The notes beneath the pieces are model-generated. The model was given only the letters and a program-made list of their open reading frames with translations. It was not told where the DNA came from and made no database searches. From a virus (lineage: Duplodnaviria > Caudoviricetes), in the IMG/VR virus record IMGVR_UViG_3300032218_001859, positions 1 to 53,986 of that record: DNA of 53,986 nucleotides, one strand, 5' to 3'. Within the stretch, counting starts at the first letter, position 1. Every line of letters begins with the position of its first letter. The translations under genes and the position numbers were made by a program. Shown here in pieces: positions 53,737-53,986 of this stretch.

Positions 53737-53780
53737 ACTGGCACAAGGACTTCCCAAAGTCCCCTGTGATGCCCTACAAT
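53736..53780 (+). promoter_or_regulatory. Early promoter with AACTGGCACA box and a short inverted repeat at -35
   Basis: AACTGGCACA(53736); GGACTT-CCCA-AAGTCC; TACAAT(53775). Confidence 0.65.
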
Positions 53781-53802
53781 ACTTACATACGCAACCAAAC
53801 CG

Positions 53803-53970
53803 ATGAAAGACAAAGAACTTCTAAAACTTGCTTCTCATTTTCTCGCAATTCATCCTATTGATGAAAACAAACCAGAAAACCTTTTGAAGTTTGCCCGAGC
53901 ACTTTATGAGGAAGGTTTTGATGATGGTTATGATAAAGGTTATGATCATGGAACTCTTGGTGGTGAATGA
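53803..53970 (+). CDS. Small hypothetical protein (55 aa)
   Basis: MKDKELLKLA...LLKFARALYEEGFDDGYDKGY; follows the promoter. Confidence 0.65.
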   Translation: MKDKELLKLASHFLAIHPIDENKPENLLKFARALYEEGFDDGYDKGYDHGTLGGE

Positions 53971-53986
53971 TGATGACTTTACTTGA

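Noticed and set aside
1-53986. Stop-codon reassignment (alternative genetic code)
   Set aside because: Genes are full length and tightly coupled under code 11, all three stops are used, and there is no suppressor tRNA.

Overview
A 54-kb, AT-rich segment of a T4-like cyanomyovirus (Kyanoviridae-type; gene content suggests a freshwater Synechococcus/Cyanobium-type host). All product calls come from motif recognition and synteny; no searches were run. Left to right: (1) a minus-strand late unit (coiled-coil protein plus collagen-like protein) behind a ~300-nt structured leader; (2) an HNH endonuclease and a replication/auxiliary block (glutaredoxin, RNase H, speD, thyX, phoH, exonuclease, gp33, gp32), containing an NtcA box, a tandem glutamine-riboswitch-like RNA and a 26-aa peptide; (3) a baseplate/tail block (gp53, gp48, gp2-like, gp4, gp54-like, gp26 and gp51 joined by a candidate -1 frameshift, two paralogous tape-measure-like proteins with M23/amidase/SleB-like domains, gp27-like, split gp5); (4) six tRNAs around cpeT and an unexplained structured RNA; (5) a 3533-aa virion protein, three tail-collar fibre proteins and a chaperone; (6) a helicase and about 25 small early genes. 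Main finding: the 3533-aa protein holds three phycobiliprotein-like repeats. Each keeps both the Cys84-type (KCxRDIGY) and the beta-Cys155-type bilin-attachment cysteine, and a T-type bilin lyase gene lies 0.9 kb upstream, so the virion fibre may be chromophorylated.
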